Counted from the first letter of the stretch, positions 39,401 through 49,255 are shown. The stretch: 64,000 bases of DNA from an uncultured Candidatus Saccharibacteria bacterium (GCA_964450605.1 CAYVEK010000001.1:72430-136429), one strand, 5' to 3'. Notes: generated by a model not told the origin, from the letters alone. Made by a program: numbers and translations.

Positions 39401-41257
39401 GAGGTTGTTAATTCATCCGCAGCTCAGCTCCGACTTGGTTACGATAGTCAAAATGCAATAAATTTCGATGTGAATAATAGTGGTACGTTGCGTATTACAC
39501 CACTAAACAATTCTATTAGAAATTTGCTCGAGGTAAGAAATGGTGATGACGCGGCAATCCTTGTCGTGAATTCAATAAAACAGACAGCAATCAGCGGAAC
39601 AGTGTATATTACCTCTGACTCAGGCACAGAATACGGCACAAGAATCGGAAATGTAAACGATGGGGGTATAAGTTTTGGAGTTAACCCTACAAACTTTGCA
39701 GGAGAAATAAAGGCTGATTATGACGGGTCTCTCAGTCCGCTAGCTTTGAATCCTACAGGTGGAAATGTTGGTATCGGCACAACTTCTCCGTCAGCAACAC
39801 TTGATGTGTGGGGAAATTTGAATATTGGAACGGCATCAGTCCCCACACTGTTGGTTGATTCAAGTACAGGCTCTGTAGTTGTTTCAACTACCACACAAAC
39901 TGGAACAGTTTCCATTGGAGGAGATAAACAATATGCATTGTATACAGACACAGCATATTCAAACGGCGCATCAAGCTTTAGTTCTTATGGAGGATATTTC
40001 AAAAATTATCTAAACAGTGGTACTGCCGGATACTCATATGGAATCTACGCAGAAGGTTCTGCTGGAGGTGTAGATCCTGATGGCGCGTATGGAGTGTATG
40101 GTAAAGCAACAGGTTCTTATGCTCGCGCGGGAGTGTACGGTCTTTCAGAAGGGTCTGGTTCAGGTTTGTATGGATTTTCAAACTCTTCAACAGGTAGAGG
40201 ATTAACAGCAGAACAGTCAAACGCTAGTGGTTATGCTTTGTATACACTTGGAGGTAAAAACTATATCCAAAACAACTTAGGAATAGGAACTACAACTCCA
40301 GGTCAAAAACTTGTTGTTGTGGGTAATGCACAGTTTACAGGGGTTACGTCTGGCACGTATGCAAATGACTTAAACCTTTCAGCGGGAGGTGTTTTGACTA
40401 CAGCCGCTTCTGATATTCGTCTTAAGGAGAATCTCGTTGAACTATCTCCGGATGTATTATCAAAACTTTCAAATATAAAAGGATATACATTTAACTGGAA
40501 AGCTGATCCTGAGCGTAGAACAGATATCGGTGTGATTGCTCAAGAAGTAGAGAGTATATTTCCTGAAATTGTTTTCACAAACGCTACAGATGGATTTAAA
40601 GGTGTAAATTATTCTCGTTTATCTGTGTTACTGCTTAAAGGTTTACAAGAACAGCAGATGCTTCTAGGTTCATATACCTCTGACATATCAACACAGGCTA
40701 TACAAACAATAATTGACGAGGCAAAAAATGAAATAGAAAGAAATCCTATAACTGTTATAGGTGATAGGGCAACTCAAGGTGTCCGAACGGTCACTGATTT
40801 TGTAGCGGTTCGAGTAACTGCTGTTAAGGGTTATTTCGGAGAAATATTCACCAAAGAAATAACGACTGAAAAGATTTGTGTCACAAAGTCAAATGGATCA
40901 AAAGTTTGTGTAGATGGAGATCAACTGGAAAACATTATAAATAATTCAAACACACAGCCATCTGCAAGTCCTACACCTAGTCCTGCACAAACCGTAGGAA
41001 CTGTTCCAACAGAACCAGCTTCTGGTTCAGAGACTCAAGGAGAAACACCTGCTACAGAAAACTCAGGTGCAAGTGACACAATAATCGACACGGGAACAGG
41101 TTCATCCGCAGATAGTTCCTCCGCTTCATCTGATGCAGGATCTTCAAGTGGAGGCAGTTCGACGACAGGCGGCGACTCATCTTCTTCAGCCTCATCTGGT
41201 GATAGTAGCTCTTCCGGAGGTGGAGACTCTGGAGGAGGTTCTGTTAGTGCAGAATAA
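36401..41257 (+). CDS. Giant fibre-like surface protein with GNxGIGT repeats and peptidase S74 (intramolecular chaperone) domain
   Basis: N-terminal hydrophobic anchor, about nine GNVGIGTTxP-type repeats, SDIRLKEN...IGVIAQEVE...VNYSRL, Ser/Gly-rich tail; start set at ATG 36401. Confidence 0.85.
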   Translation: MRVLKKIYIGVFFLGTLLVSRAIPVDVYGSVLNHHIAQVFGFYSQSFESVKTDIKQDMKKVSVKAEKQTAQVLAAVDSTQKSLWSKMIDVLSEPLVPLFTPQVIIPITEKKTEATVPVKKEEKIVLDPKPKEQVVIKPVAKIPNTNVTQNYYYTISQSQIEKAVQSQVAINKQELNKIQNDLREYVNMVAGRQSDSFSNSLNRANVVTVVTQSSGGSGATANFSETATGLDYAGGVLSITSGYEIPTTSSSTAWTSFYDTPSSRITAGTGLSWSGNTLNAVGGGSGTVGSGTAGQVAFYGANGTSVSGTSTVFFANGNVGIGTSSPSSILHLQSDQNSSTVLTIRNDNAGANADAGIMIRDDEGAILSLGLDVDQTGTKSYLWSVGNDFRIGAGNNMVASFTTDQKFKVLSPYNNYMSIYGGSATSMNLVSDADMLIRAGGDLGSNTYRTIYYDGDTHIFRQAGSPWTEYMRIVSGGNLGIGTSSPSAKLDVWGSLKVGTTSTPTLFVNTTAGQNTGLSITNDVSPTIASAGSSANVNLKLTTKGTGGLFLDTGGTGSINFRPNGTQTMTILSTGNVGIGTTTPASQLYIAGTDIGPSNYLATIENNNTAGSFPTRNGLLINVTGTNGGGQSASRLLNIQQYGTSLFYVNGVGDGVFNGGITSGSITSSGVVSSVRLSVVNNNTTATTSVFKIVSGQTAPVTEWQTSTGAPLASLSAGGNLGLGIVPSTFKLDVSGSSRLGYVNINNSADIIMSTQNADRQFTIQGSTATTGSVAGTYITLGTASSGEQKIVFGTNGGEKMRMDPSGNLGIGTTSPAAKLDVWGNLKVGTNAAGTLFVDAATARVGVGTTTPGAKLTVIGDMRIGFNDANQEILGHITGGLLFANQAAQITSGSGVSVRSNGTYGWSSDTGSPGYNGKDTFLSRPFSSTVGVYQSNGTTLGGFLTGVLSVGTTSTSSTLYVQGNGSNNPFTIASSTGTSMLSVLRNGNVGIGTSTPEVKLEVVNSSAAQLRLGYDSQNAINFDVNNSGTLRITPLNNSIRNLLEVRNGDDAAILVVNSIKQTAISGTVYITSDSGTEYGTRIGNVNDGGISFGVNPTNFAGEIKADYDGSLSPLALNPTGGNVGIGTTSPSATLDVWGNLNIGTASVPTLLVDSSTGSVVVSTTTQTGTVSIGGDKQYALYTDTAYSNGASSFSSYGGYFKNYLNSGTAGYSYGIYAEGSAGGVDPDGAYGVYGKATGSYARAGVYGLSEGSGSGLYGFSNSSTGRGLTAEQSNASGYALYTLGGKNYIQNNLGIGTTTPGQKLVVVGNAQFTGVTSGTYANDLNLSAGGVLTTAASDIRLKENLVELSPDVLSKLSNIKGYTFNWKADPERRTDIGVIAQEVESIFPEIVFTNATDGFKGVNYSRLSVLLLKGLQEQQMLLGSYTSDISTQAIQTIIDEAKNEIERNPITVIGDRATQGVRTVTDFVAVRVTAVKGYFGEIFTKEITTEKICVTKSNGSKVCVDGDQLENIINNSNTQPSASPTPSPAQTVGTVPTEPASGSETQGETPATENSGASDTIIDTGTGSSADSSSASSDAGSSSGGSSTTGGDSSSSASSGDSSSSGGGDSGGGSVSAE

Positions 41258-41300
41258 AAACGGTTTGAGTTTATTATAAAAACATGAGAATATAATATAT

Positions 41301-41819
41301 ATGCCATCTATAAAAGATATACAAAATACCACCAGTGAAGAGATAGTTGTTAAAGCTCCTCGAAAAAGAAAGGGGGGTAAATTTTCATTTCTATTATTTA
41401 TAGCTGTAGTGGTGTTAGGGGTCTTGTATTACCAACAGCATCAAGAGTTGTCTCGTTTAAAGGATCCAGCGTTACAGACAGAGTATGCTGAAAAACAGGT
41501 TAAAAAGGTTATAGATGATATGAAAAAGTATGTTGTTATTCCAGATGATGAGGAGCTAAAGTTGTTGGGTATTATAAGCAATGCAGAAGCTTTAAAAAAG
41601 GATCAGGCTTTTTATACAAATGTTGAAAATGGGGATTATGTATTCTTGCTTTCAAAAACTGCTAGAGCTTTGATTTGGAGACCTGAAGATAAAAAAGTTG
41701 TAAACTTTGGAGCTGCAAATCTTCAACCTGCACAACAACAGCAAGTAACACAACCTGCCCCTGTAAAAGAAGAGTCTGTAAAGGAAGTTAAGAAAGAAGA
41801 TAAAAAAACAGATAACTAA
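41301..41819 (+). CDS. Single-TM hypothetical protein
   Basis: Basic patch, TM helix, soluble domain (FYTNVENGDYV). Confidence 0.7.
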   Translation: MPSIKDIQNTTSEEIVVKAPRKRKGGKFSFLLFIAVVVLGVLYYQQHQELSRLKDPALQTEYAEKQVKKVIDDMKKYVVIPDDEELKLLGIISNAEALKKDQAFYTNVENGDYVFLLSKTARALIWRPEDKKVVNFGAANLQPAQQQQVTQPAPVKEESVKEVKKEDKKTDN

Positions 41820-41854
41820 AGCTGTCTAGTTGTCGACTGGTGTATAATATAGAC

Positions 41855-42946
41855 ATGGAACCAGTAACAACAATGCAAGTACAGTTACCAAAAGTTAAAA
41901 CTGGCATAAAGGATTTCTTCCTTTATGTCGGTTTTTTCGCTGTACTTTATACATTAATAGGTAATTTTATTAACTTCACTTTTTCAGTTATTAATTCTGT
42001 CTATCCGGATTATCAGTATGGCTTTAGAGATCCGTATGCAAGTAGTATACGTATGTCTGTTGCCATCATGATAGTTCTTACTCCTATTCTTATAGGTCTT
42101 GCTCGGAAAATGCATAAAGACATTCGAGAAAATGCAGACAGAGCAAATATCTGGGTTAGAAGATGGGGGTTTTACATTACGCTTGCTGTAACTATTATTA
42201 CACTTGCCAGTGATTTAGTTGCGCTTATTTATAACTTTTTAGGAGGAGAGATGTCTCCAAGATTTATTTGGAAAGTTGTAGTACTGGGAATTATCTCAGG
42301 GATCATGTGGTTATATACTCACAGTGAGATAAAAGGAACTTTTTCTGCAAGCCCTAAAAAGGGTCTTATAACTTCTATAGCTCTCGGTGTAAGTGTGATA
42401 GCTGTAGCGGTGATAGGTATATCACTTACAGGATCTCCGTCATTTTTAAGACAAGTAAAAGACGACAATACCCGAGAATCAAACCTTTCAACAATACAGT
42501 ACCGTGTTATAGATTACTATAGAAATAAAGGTGAGTTACCTATATCGTTGAGTAAGATAACAGAAGGTGATCCTAATGCGACAGTTCTTCCAGTTGATCC
42601 AAAGACAGGTGTAGAGTATGGATACAGCGTGCTCCCTCCAAAGATTCAAGATGGTGCTACATTTGTAAGTTTCAACTTGTGTGCTGATTTTGAACAAGAT
42701 GGAACTGCTGATGATAAAGTACAAAAGAGTGGGCGTGCAGGAGGGGTTGCTTCTCCGCAGGCGTTACCTATACCAACTGTCCCTATGTATGACTATGATT
42801 ATTATGGAGGTAAAACAAAAGCTGTCGACTATGATAATCATCCAAAAGGACAAAAATGTTTCGTAGTTGAGATTGATACTTCATCTAATCAATACAAACC
42901 ATACGATCAGCAGTCTAATCAGAAGCCGTACTATCCTACATACTAA
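41855..42946 (+). CDS. DUF5671-like multi-TM protein with C-terminal pilin-like domain
   Basis: KDFFLY, IRMSVA, DLVALIYNFLGGE then D..R..NL..I...Y....G.LP, PVDP.TG..Y.Y, FNLCADFE; start 41855 after TATAAT. Confidence 0.7.
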   Translation: MEPVTTMQVQLPKVKTGIKDFFLYVGFFAVLYTLIGNFINFTFSVINSVYPDYQYGFRDPYASSIRMSVAIMIVLTPILIGLARKMHKDIRENADRANIWVRRWGFYITLAVTIITLASDLVALIYNFLGGEMSPRFIWKVVVLGIISGIMWLYTHSEIKGTFSASPKKGLITSIALGVSVIAVAVIGISLTGSPSFLRQVKDDNTRESNLSTIQYRVIDYYRNKGELPISLSKITEGDPNATVLPVDPKTGVEYGYSVLPPKIQDGATFVSFNLCADFEQDGTADDKVQKSGRAGGVASPQALPIPTVPMYDYDYYGGKTKAVDYDNHPKGQKCFVVEIDTSSNQYKPYDQQSNQKPYYPTY

Positions 42947-43002
42947 ACTAGATACTACTGATTGGTGTTTATTAACCATTAACTTAAAACATAATAAAAC
43001 GT

Positions 43003-43374
43003 ATGATCATCAAAAAAATCAAAACCACAAATATGGAATTGACGGATGCAATATCACAGTATGTTAACAAAAAGGTTGATGCGTTACATAAGTTTATAGA
43101 TCCCGATGAGGAGGCTTTGGCTGAGATAGAGATAGGTAGAACTACAAACCATCATCATAAAGGTGATGTATACAAAGCTGAAGTAAATCTATTCTACGGA
43201 AAGGATAATTTCCGCACAGTCATTATCAATGATGATTTGTATGCAGCTATCGATAAGATGAAAGAGGGTATATTAAATGAAGTTCGTCGTTCAAAACGAA
43301 AACGATTTCATTTACTCAAGAAAGGTCATCAAAAGATAAAAGACATACTTCGAGGTTGGAAAAGATCAAAGTAA
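43003..43374 (+). CDS. raiA: Ribosome hibernation factor (HPF/RaiA family)
   Basis: NMELTDAISQYVNKK, DLYAAID. Confidence 0.88.
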   Translation: MIIKKIKTTNMELTDAISQYVNKKVDALHKFIDPDEEALAEIEIGRTTNHHHKGDVYKAEVNLFYGKDNFRTVIINDDLYAAIDKMKEGILNEVRRSKRKRFHLLKKGHQKIKDILRGWKRSK

Positions 43375-43422
43375 AAAGTCTTAAAATATAACCTTTAATA
43401 ATCTAGATTAAAAAAGAAAACT

Positions 43423-43809
43423 CTATTGTGTAAAAGCAGTAGAGATTTCTTTTACAATCTCTTCTGGATCAGTAACTGCTTTAATAATAAACTTTGCTCC
43501 AAGTTCTGTAGCAACGTCTCTATCTTTTTTCTCATCAGTATTACTTACTACAAAAACTTTTAGATTTTTTGTTTTTTCGTCTGCTCGTAGATCTTTTAGT
43601 ATTTCTAGTCCGTTTTTTCCGGGTAAGAATATGTCTAAGACAAGTACGTCAGGCGTACAAGCTTTAAGACCCTCCATAAGAGCCTCCCCTGAGGCAAAGG
43701 CTTGTACATCTAGGTGATGCTCGGCCATTTTAGAGGTCATTATTGATGATAAAAAGACATCGTCTTCAACAAGGAAGACTTTTTTTGAGGAATTTTGTGT
43801 TTCTGTCAT
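43423..43809 (-). CDS. Single-domain response regulator receiver
   Basis: VFLVEDD, PDVLVLDIFLPGKNG, SN, K motifs. Confidence 0.88.
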   Translation of the reverse strand: MTETQNSSKKVFLVEDDVFLSSIMTSKMAEHHLDVQAFASGEALMEGLKACTPDVLVLDIFLPGKNGLEILKDLRADEKTKNLKVFVVSNTDEKKDRDVATELGAKFIIKAVTDPEEIVKEISTAFTQ

Positions 43810-43887
43810 ATATACCTATTATATATCAATATTTATATGTTACAATAAAGACATAATTATAAGTTAATTTTTTAATATATAAAACAT

Positions 43888-44649
43888 ATGAATAATATGA
43901 ATGGCATGGAACATGATATGGGAATGGGAAATATGGGTGGTATGGAAGGCCATATGGACGGTATGATGATGGATATGGGTCCAGTGGTTTTCGGAAACAT
44001 ACATCTCGTTAACCTTCTTCTTATGGTTTCAGGAGTATTTTACCTAATTTGTGCGTTGTCTATTTTTAAGACATGGCGACGTGAGAAAAATGAGCTTGTA
44101 GGAGCCTTGTTTGCCTTTTTGAGTTATCAGGCTGTAAGTATGTTCTTTATGGGACTTGAGATGCATACTATGAACATGATGTATAGTAATATAGCTGCAC
44201 TTGCTATATTTGTTGGTTCTGCATATATGATGAAGTTTCCTCTAAGTAAATTATCAGAAGGTGCTCGGCGATCTTCTTTCTTGCTTATTATGGTAGCGCT
44301 ACTAGGTTTGTTTACATGGTTTATGGGTACACCAGAAAGACAGATGGATCTTATGCATTTTGTACTATGGTATGATCTTGTTGTAAACGGTTTGTTGATA
44401 GGTGGTTCTATTATAGTCTTTGGATTAAAAGCAACAGAATCTATCTCAAAAAAGAAGGCTCTTGGAGGAGGAACAGGTGTTGTGAGTTGCTGTGTTGTTG
44501 CTACAGGGGCTATGATTGGAGGAGCTATGCTTGCAGGAACTATATTCTCATTCTTGGCACCTATTATCATTCTAAGCACATTGCGAAGTGGAAAAGCTGT
44601 AGTAAATCCTACACCTTCAGCACCTACTACACCAAACGCAACAGTCTAA
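43888..44649 (+). CDS. Multi-TM membrane protein with Met/His-rich N-terminus
   Basis: MNNMNGMEHDMGMGNMGGMEGHMDGMMMDM followed by about 7 hydrophobic segments. Confidence 0.75.
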   Translation: MNNMNGMEHDMGMGNMGGMEGHMDGMMMDMGPVVFGNIHLVNLLLMVSGVFYLICALSIFKTWRREKNELVGALFAFLSYQAVSMFFMGLEMHTMNMMYSNIAALAIFVGSAYMMKFPLSKLSEGARRSSFLLIMVALLGLFTWFMGTPERQMDLMHFVLWYDLVVNGLLIGGSIIVFGLKATESISKKKALGGGTGVVSCCVVATGAMIGGAMLAGTIFSFLAPIIILSTLRSGKAVVNPTPSAPTTPNATV

Positions 44650-44678
44650 ATATATCCTTTAGTTAATAAATACCCGAT

Positions 44679-45617
44679 ATGAGTAAATTAGAACGAATCA
44701 TATCATATGTATTGGGAGCAATTGCCGGCGCTGGGGCCGGTTCTTTGCTTGTTGCATATGCTATGCCGGTAGTAGATCCGATGTGTGAGGAGATTATTCA
44801 GCAACTTATGCCGTTGATTGGTTTATTGATTGCCATGGCTGTAGTTGAATATAAGCACGTGCGCCTGATGAAGCATGAAAATGCCTTAAGAGACGAAACG
44901 GTTGCTCTCATAACTCATGAAATGAGAACAAGTCTTACATCCACAGGCTGGGCAATCGGTATGATGCTTAAAAAATATCAGACAGCCATAGAAGAAAATG
45001 ACGCTAAGTTGTTACAAGGTGTTGTTGATTCTATACATACAACGGTGATGCATTCTGTAAATCTTCTAGATGTAAGTCTTCTTGATATAGGAAAACTTGC
45101 CATATCTCTACAGTGGACAGACCTTGGAAAAGTAGATGAGATGTTTAATGAGATGATTAATAAGTATTCATTGGGAATGAAAAGTAAGGGCATTGAGTTT
45201 AGATCTGGTGTAAAACTCTCAACAGGGAAGATGGTTGAGGTTGATATGATGCGTTTGCGAATCATAGTTGAAAACTTACTCGAAAATGCGATACAGTATA
45301 CGCTTGGATCTGAGAAAAATATATCACTTTCCGTTTCAAATGATGATAAAGAAATGCATATACAAGTTTCTGATACAGGTATGGGTATACCAGAGACTGA
45401 AAAAGAGAAGATCTTTCAAGAGTTTTATCGAGCAAGTAATGCTCGTAAAGCTCTAAGTACTGGAAGTGGTATAGGACTCTTCACGTGTGCTAAGTATGTA
45501 AAGGCACACAAGGGAACTATTCGATTTGAGTCACAAGAAGGAAAAGGAACTACATTCTTCATAGATATTCCACTTAAAACAGAGGCGGATGTCAAGGGAT
45601 TTATACAGAAGATATAG
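44679..45617 (+). CDS. Sensor histidine kinase (two TM, HisKA, HATPase)
   Basis: THEMRT, NLLENAIQY, DTGMGI, GSGIGL, GKGTTF. Confidence 0.92.
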   Translation: MSKLERIISYVLGAIAGAGAGSLLVAYAMPVVDPMCEEIIQQLMPLIGLLIAMAVVEYKHVRLMKHENALRDETVALITHEMRTSLTSTGWAIGMMLKKYQTAIEENDAKLLQGVVDSIHTTVMHSVNLLDVSLLDIGKLAISLQWTDLGKVDEMFNEMINKYSLGMKSKGIEFRSGVKLSTGKMVEVDMMRLRIIVENLLENAIQYTLGSEKNISLSVSNDDKEMHIQVSDTGMGIPETEKEKIFQEFYRASNARKALSTGSGIGLFTCAKYVKAHKGTIRFESQEGKGTTFFIDIPLKTEADVKGFIQKI

Positions 45618-45634
45618 CGTGATATACTCGCTCT

Positions 45635-47467
45635 ATGACACAACCTAAAACAGATTCATCTTTAAAAGATGAGCTTTTAGCAGGATTGCCTACTGATGTG
45701 AAAACGGAGTGGGTTTTTTCTGACTATAAAGATGAAAAAGACCCTAAAATAAAAAAAGAAGTCAAGGATATTGTCAAGGCATACAAAACCTTTGCCAAAA
45801 AACACAAAAACAAAGCGTTTCTAAAAAATAGTAAAACACTTGCAAGCGCCTTGGTTGACTACGAAAAACTTGTAGAAAAAGCGACATGGAAAAGTATGTA
45901 TTATTTGAGTTTGAGAAAAACTCTGGAGACGGGAAATCTGAAACTTGAAGCAGAGATAAACAGACTCAATGATATGGCATATGGAGCTATAAAGGAAGTT
46001 TTGTTTTTTGGCATAGCAATATCAAAGATCGAGACAAAAAAACAAAAACAATATCTTAAAGATGAAAAACTAAAAAAGTACAAGTATCTTTTAAAGACTT
46101 GGTTTGATGATGGAAAATACACACTATCAGAATCAGAAGAAAAAATACTTACTGATAAAAGTATTGTGGCACATGATGCATGGGTTAGTGCTCAAGAGCG
46201 ATATGAGAACGCTCAAACAGTAGCACATGGTGATAAGGTTATATCTCTTTCAGAGGCTATGAGTATAAAAGCTGATCTACCTCGATCGGAGCGACGTGCT
46301 TTACATAAAGCTGTAAGGGAAAAATACAAAGAGATTAGTTTTGTCGCAGAAGCAGAACTCAATGCGGTTATACGAAATAAAAAGATAGACGATGAACTTC
46401 GGGGATACAAAAAACCATATGAATCAACGGTTCGTTCATATCAAAACGATATAAAGTCTATCGAAAACCTAGTCGAAGTCGTCACTGCCTCAAACAAAAT
46501 ATCTCATAGATTTTTTAAATTAAAAGCAAAGGTTGTGAATCAGATTGACGGAGTTGTTGATGGAAAAATAACTATTGCAGAACTCGGTACCGGCATGTCT
46601 AGAGCAAAAGATGCTGATAAAAAAATACCCCTTGCAAAAGCGATAGAGATGGTTTCAAAAACATTTACTGAGGCAGATCCGGTGTTTGGAGATATGTTTG
46701 ATATGTATATTAAAAATGGTCGTATAGATTTTTTCCCAAAACAAGGAAAACAGACAGGCGCGTTTTGTATGGGAAATAATGGTATAGAAACTCGTATTCT
46801 CATGAACTATGCCGGAAAACTAGATGATATATCTACACTGGCGCATGAGATGGGACATGCTATACATACTGACATGTCAAAAACTCAACCTGCTATATAT
46901 GAAGGTTACACTATATCGGTTGCCGAGGTTGCAAGTACATTTTTTGAAAATGTATTACTAGAAGCTTTGTTTGAGGTTGCTAGTCCTGAAGAACGTCAGG
47001 ATATATTGCTCGCCCGTATGCAAGATCGGGTTTCGACTATATTTGCCCAAGTTGCGTATTTTGAATTTGAGAAGAAGCTTCATAAAGAAGTTCGAGAAAA
47101 AGGTTTTGTTTCAAAAGAAGATATAGCTCGTATGTTTGCTGATTGTCGAAGATCTTATGTAGGCGAAGCTGTTGATGTGGTAGAAGATGATGGTTATGCT
47201 TTTGTATATATAAGTCACTTCAGATCATTTTTCTATGTGTATGCCTATGCGTACGGTCAACTGATTGCCGACGCGCTTTATGCCGAATATAAAAAAGATA
47301 AAAAGTTTATAGAAAAAGTAAAAGTCTTTTTAAAAGCAGGAGGGAGTATGTCGCCAGCCGACATCTTTAAAAAGATTGGTATAGATACCACAAAGCCCGA
47401 TTTCTTTAAAAAGGGACTTAAAAAGATAGACGAAGATCTAAAATCCCTAGAAAAGCTTATTAAATAA
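45635..47467 (+). CDS. pepF: Oligoendopeptidase F (M3B)
   Basis: GKQTGAFC, TLAHEMGHAIH, AEVASTFFE, FYVYAYAYG. Confidence 0.9.
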   Translation: MTQPKTDSSLKDELLAGLPTDVKTEWVFSDYKDEKDPKIKKEVKDIVKAYKTFAKKHKNKAFLKNSKTLASALVDYEKLVEKATWKSMYYLSLRKTLETGNLKLEAEINRLNDMAYGAIKEVLFFGIAISKIETKKQKQYLKDEKLKKYKYLLKTWFDDGKYTLSESEEKILTDKSIVAHDAWVSAQERYENAQTVAHGDKVISLSEAMSIKADLPRSERRALHKAVREKYKEISFVAEAELNAVIRNKKIDDELRGYKKPYESTVRSYQNDIKSIENLVEVVTASNKISHRFFKLKAKVVNQIDGVVDGKITIAELGTGMSRAKDADKKIPLAKAIEMVSKTFTEADPVFGDMFDMYIKNGRIDFFPKQGKQTGAFCMGNNGIETRILMNYAGKLDDISTLAHEMGHAIHTDMSKTQPAIYEGYTISVAEVASTFFENVLLEALFEVASPEERQDILLARMQDRVSTIFAQVAYFEFEKKLHKEVREKGFVSKEDIARMFADCRRSYVGEAVDVVEDDGYAFVYISHFRSFFYVYAYAYGQLIADALYAEYKKDKKFIEKVKVFLKAGGSMSPADIFKKIGIDTTKPDFFKKGLKKIDEDLKSLEKLIK

Positions 47468-47526
47468 GCATTTTTAAGAAGTCACAAAAAGGATAGTGGT
47501 TCGTATTATATAGGTAGAAACAGTAT

Positions 47527-48060
47527 ATGGTTGATACAAGCACACAGCTACAAATCCGTTTTGAGAGTATGTATGAGGAGTTGTCTCAGACAGTATTTAG
47601 ATATGTATATCTCAGAACGAGAGACAGAGAGGTGTCTGTTGACTTGATGCAAACTGTTTTTGTAAAAGTATTCCAAAGTATTCATAAAATACGAGAAGGT
47701 GAAGAGGCTCCTTATGTTATAACTGTTGCTAAAAATACACTTATTGATTTTTTTAGAACAAAGAAAAATAATGTCGAATACGATGATGATGTTCATTGTA
47801 CTCCTGATATCTTAAATACAGATCAAAACCCTGTATTTGAGGAGTTTGTTTTAAAAGAAAACATTGTTTTCATAGAAAAAGCTTTAAGTATGTTATCTGA
47901 GACCGATGCTGAGATTGTCCGCATGAGAGCTTTATTGGATTGGTCATATCAGGAGATATCTGTGTATTTAAAAAAAGAAGAGAGTGCTGTAAGAAAGAGA
48001 TATAGTCGAGCCATGGAAAAGTTAAAAGAAATTATAGAAAAAATGTATGCGTCAAAATAA
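47527..48060 (+). CDS. ECF-type RNA polymerase sigma factor
   Basis: Region 2 (DLMQTVFVK, AKNTLIDFFR) and region 4 (SYQEIS...VRKRYSRA). Confidence 0.88.
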   Translation: MVDTSTQLQIRFESMYEELSQTVFRYVYLRTRDREVSVDLMQTVFVKVFQSIHKIREGEEAPYVITVAKNTLIDFFRTKKNNVEYDDDVHCTPDILNTDQNPVFEEFVLKENIVFIEKALSMLSETDAEIVRMRALLDWSYQEISVYLKKEESAVRKRYSRAMEKLKEIIEKMYASK

Positions 48061-48475
48061 TACAAAAAATATTAATATCGAACAAATAGAGATTTATTTT
48101 AGAAATATTTCTAGTTCTATACCAACCTGTCCTGTCACAAAAGAAGACATGCTTCGTATATATAGACAGAAGGCACAGGTTCAGTCTTCTGTACAAAAAG
48201 AAAGTTTCTTTACATCATTTAGATTTAAACTACTAGTTCTGCCCGTAACAGTGTGTATTGTGGTCATTGGACTATATTCCTATGTGCCAGGCTCAAAAAA
48301 CTTGGTACAAGAAGAGGTTGTGAATCAAATGATGAATGAAGTGTTTGCTGATTTATCTTCTGATACAGAAAATAGTCTGGCAATGTTGGATCAGTACGGA
48401 GAAGGTTATTCAGATTCAGATATTCTATTAGATCAAACTCTGTCTGAAATTGATCTTCAGTTGCAATATAATTAA
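48047..48475 (+). CDS. Putative single-TM anti-sigma factor
   Basis: Overlaps sigma gene end, one TM helix, acidic C-terminus. Confidence 0.55.
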   Translation: MRQNNTKNINIEQIEIYFRNISSSIPTCPVTKEDMLRIYRQKAQVQSSVQKESFFTSFRFKLLVLPVTVCIVVIGLYSYVPGSKNLVQEEVVNQMMNEVFADLSSDTENSLAMLDQYGEGYSDSDILLDQTLSEIDLQLQYN

Positions 48476-48503
48476 ATAATTAATTTATCTCTATAAAAAT
48501 CTT

Positions 48504-49247
48504 ATGAAAATAAAAGTTACCCGAATAATATCAACAACTCTTATATTTGCCGTGTGTTTGGCCGCGACTCAGCCATATGTTGCTTTTGCGGATGAGCACG
48601 GTAAGGGTGGAGAAAAAGGTAAGGGGGTTAAGATGAGTAGTGTTAATTTTTGTACTCAGATAACAACAATGCAAACCCAGACTATCTCTTTGTTTGATAA
48701 AAATATTTCAAAAATAAAACCGCTAAAAGAAGGAAATCTACTGCATGCAAAAAATGCAACAAAGAAGGATTTTGCTGAATATGTTTCTCGTTTAAAACAG
48801 AAATATACACAACCTGCCCAAATTTCAGCCATTGATGCGTTTAAAGCAGAGGTTGATAAGGCTATAGTCGACAGAAAAGTTGCAGTCGATAGTTTGATGT
48901 CAACTGTAAAAACAGAACTTGATAAACTAGTTCAAAATAAAAATACAGATAATTCTACAGCCATAGCAAATGCAAAAGCAACACTTCAAAAAGCATTTGA
49001 GACGGCTAAAACTTCTTGTGCAAACGGAGCTGACCCGAAAACAGTAAAGAAGACTTTAAAAGAAGCTATTCAGACTGTACACATAGCGGCTAAAAAAGGT
49101 CAGAAAAATATAAACCTTCAGGCAAATCCTCAAGTAAAGGATTTGATAACAAAGAAAAAGACCGAATTGCAAACTATTGAAAAAAGCTTCAGAACTCGTA
49201 TTGATACTGCAAAAACAAATCTAAATAATGCTCTAGGTATTAAATAA
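48504..49247 (+). CDS. Secreted alpha-helical protein
   Basis: Signal peptide ending AFA, Lys/Ala-rich helices, two spaced Cys in mature part. Confidence 0.7.
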   Translation: MKIKVTRIISTTLIFAVCLAATQPYVAFADEHGKGGEKGKGVKMSSVNFCTQITTMQTQTISLFDKNISKIKPLKEGNLLHAKNATKKDFAEYVSRLKQKYTQPAQISAIDAFKAEVDKAIVDRKVAVDSLMSTVKTELDKLVQNKNTDNSTAIANAKATLQKAFETAKTSCANGADPKTVKKTLKEAIQTVHIAAKKGQKNINLQANPQVKDLITKKKTELQTIEKSFRTRIDTAKTNLNNALGIK

Positions 49248-49255
49248 GTGCAATA

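Noticed and set aside
36401-41257. Prophage
   Set aside because: Only the S74/fibre-like gene is phage-like; it has an export/anchor segment and housekeeping neighbours.
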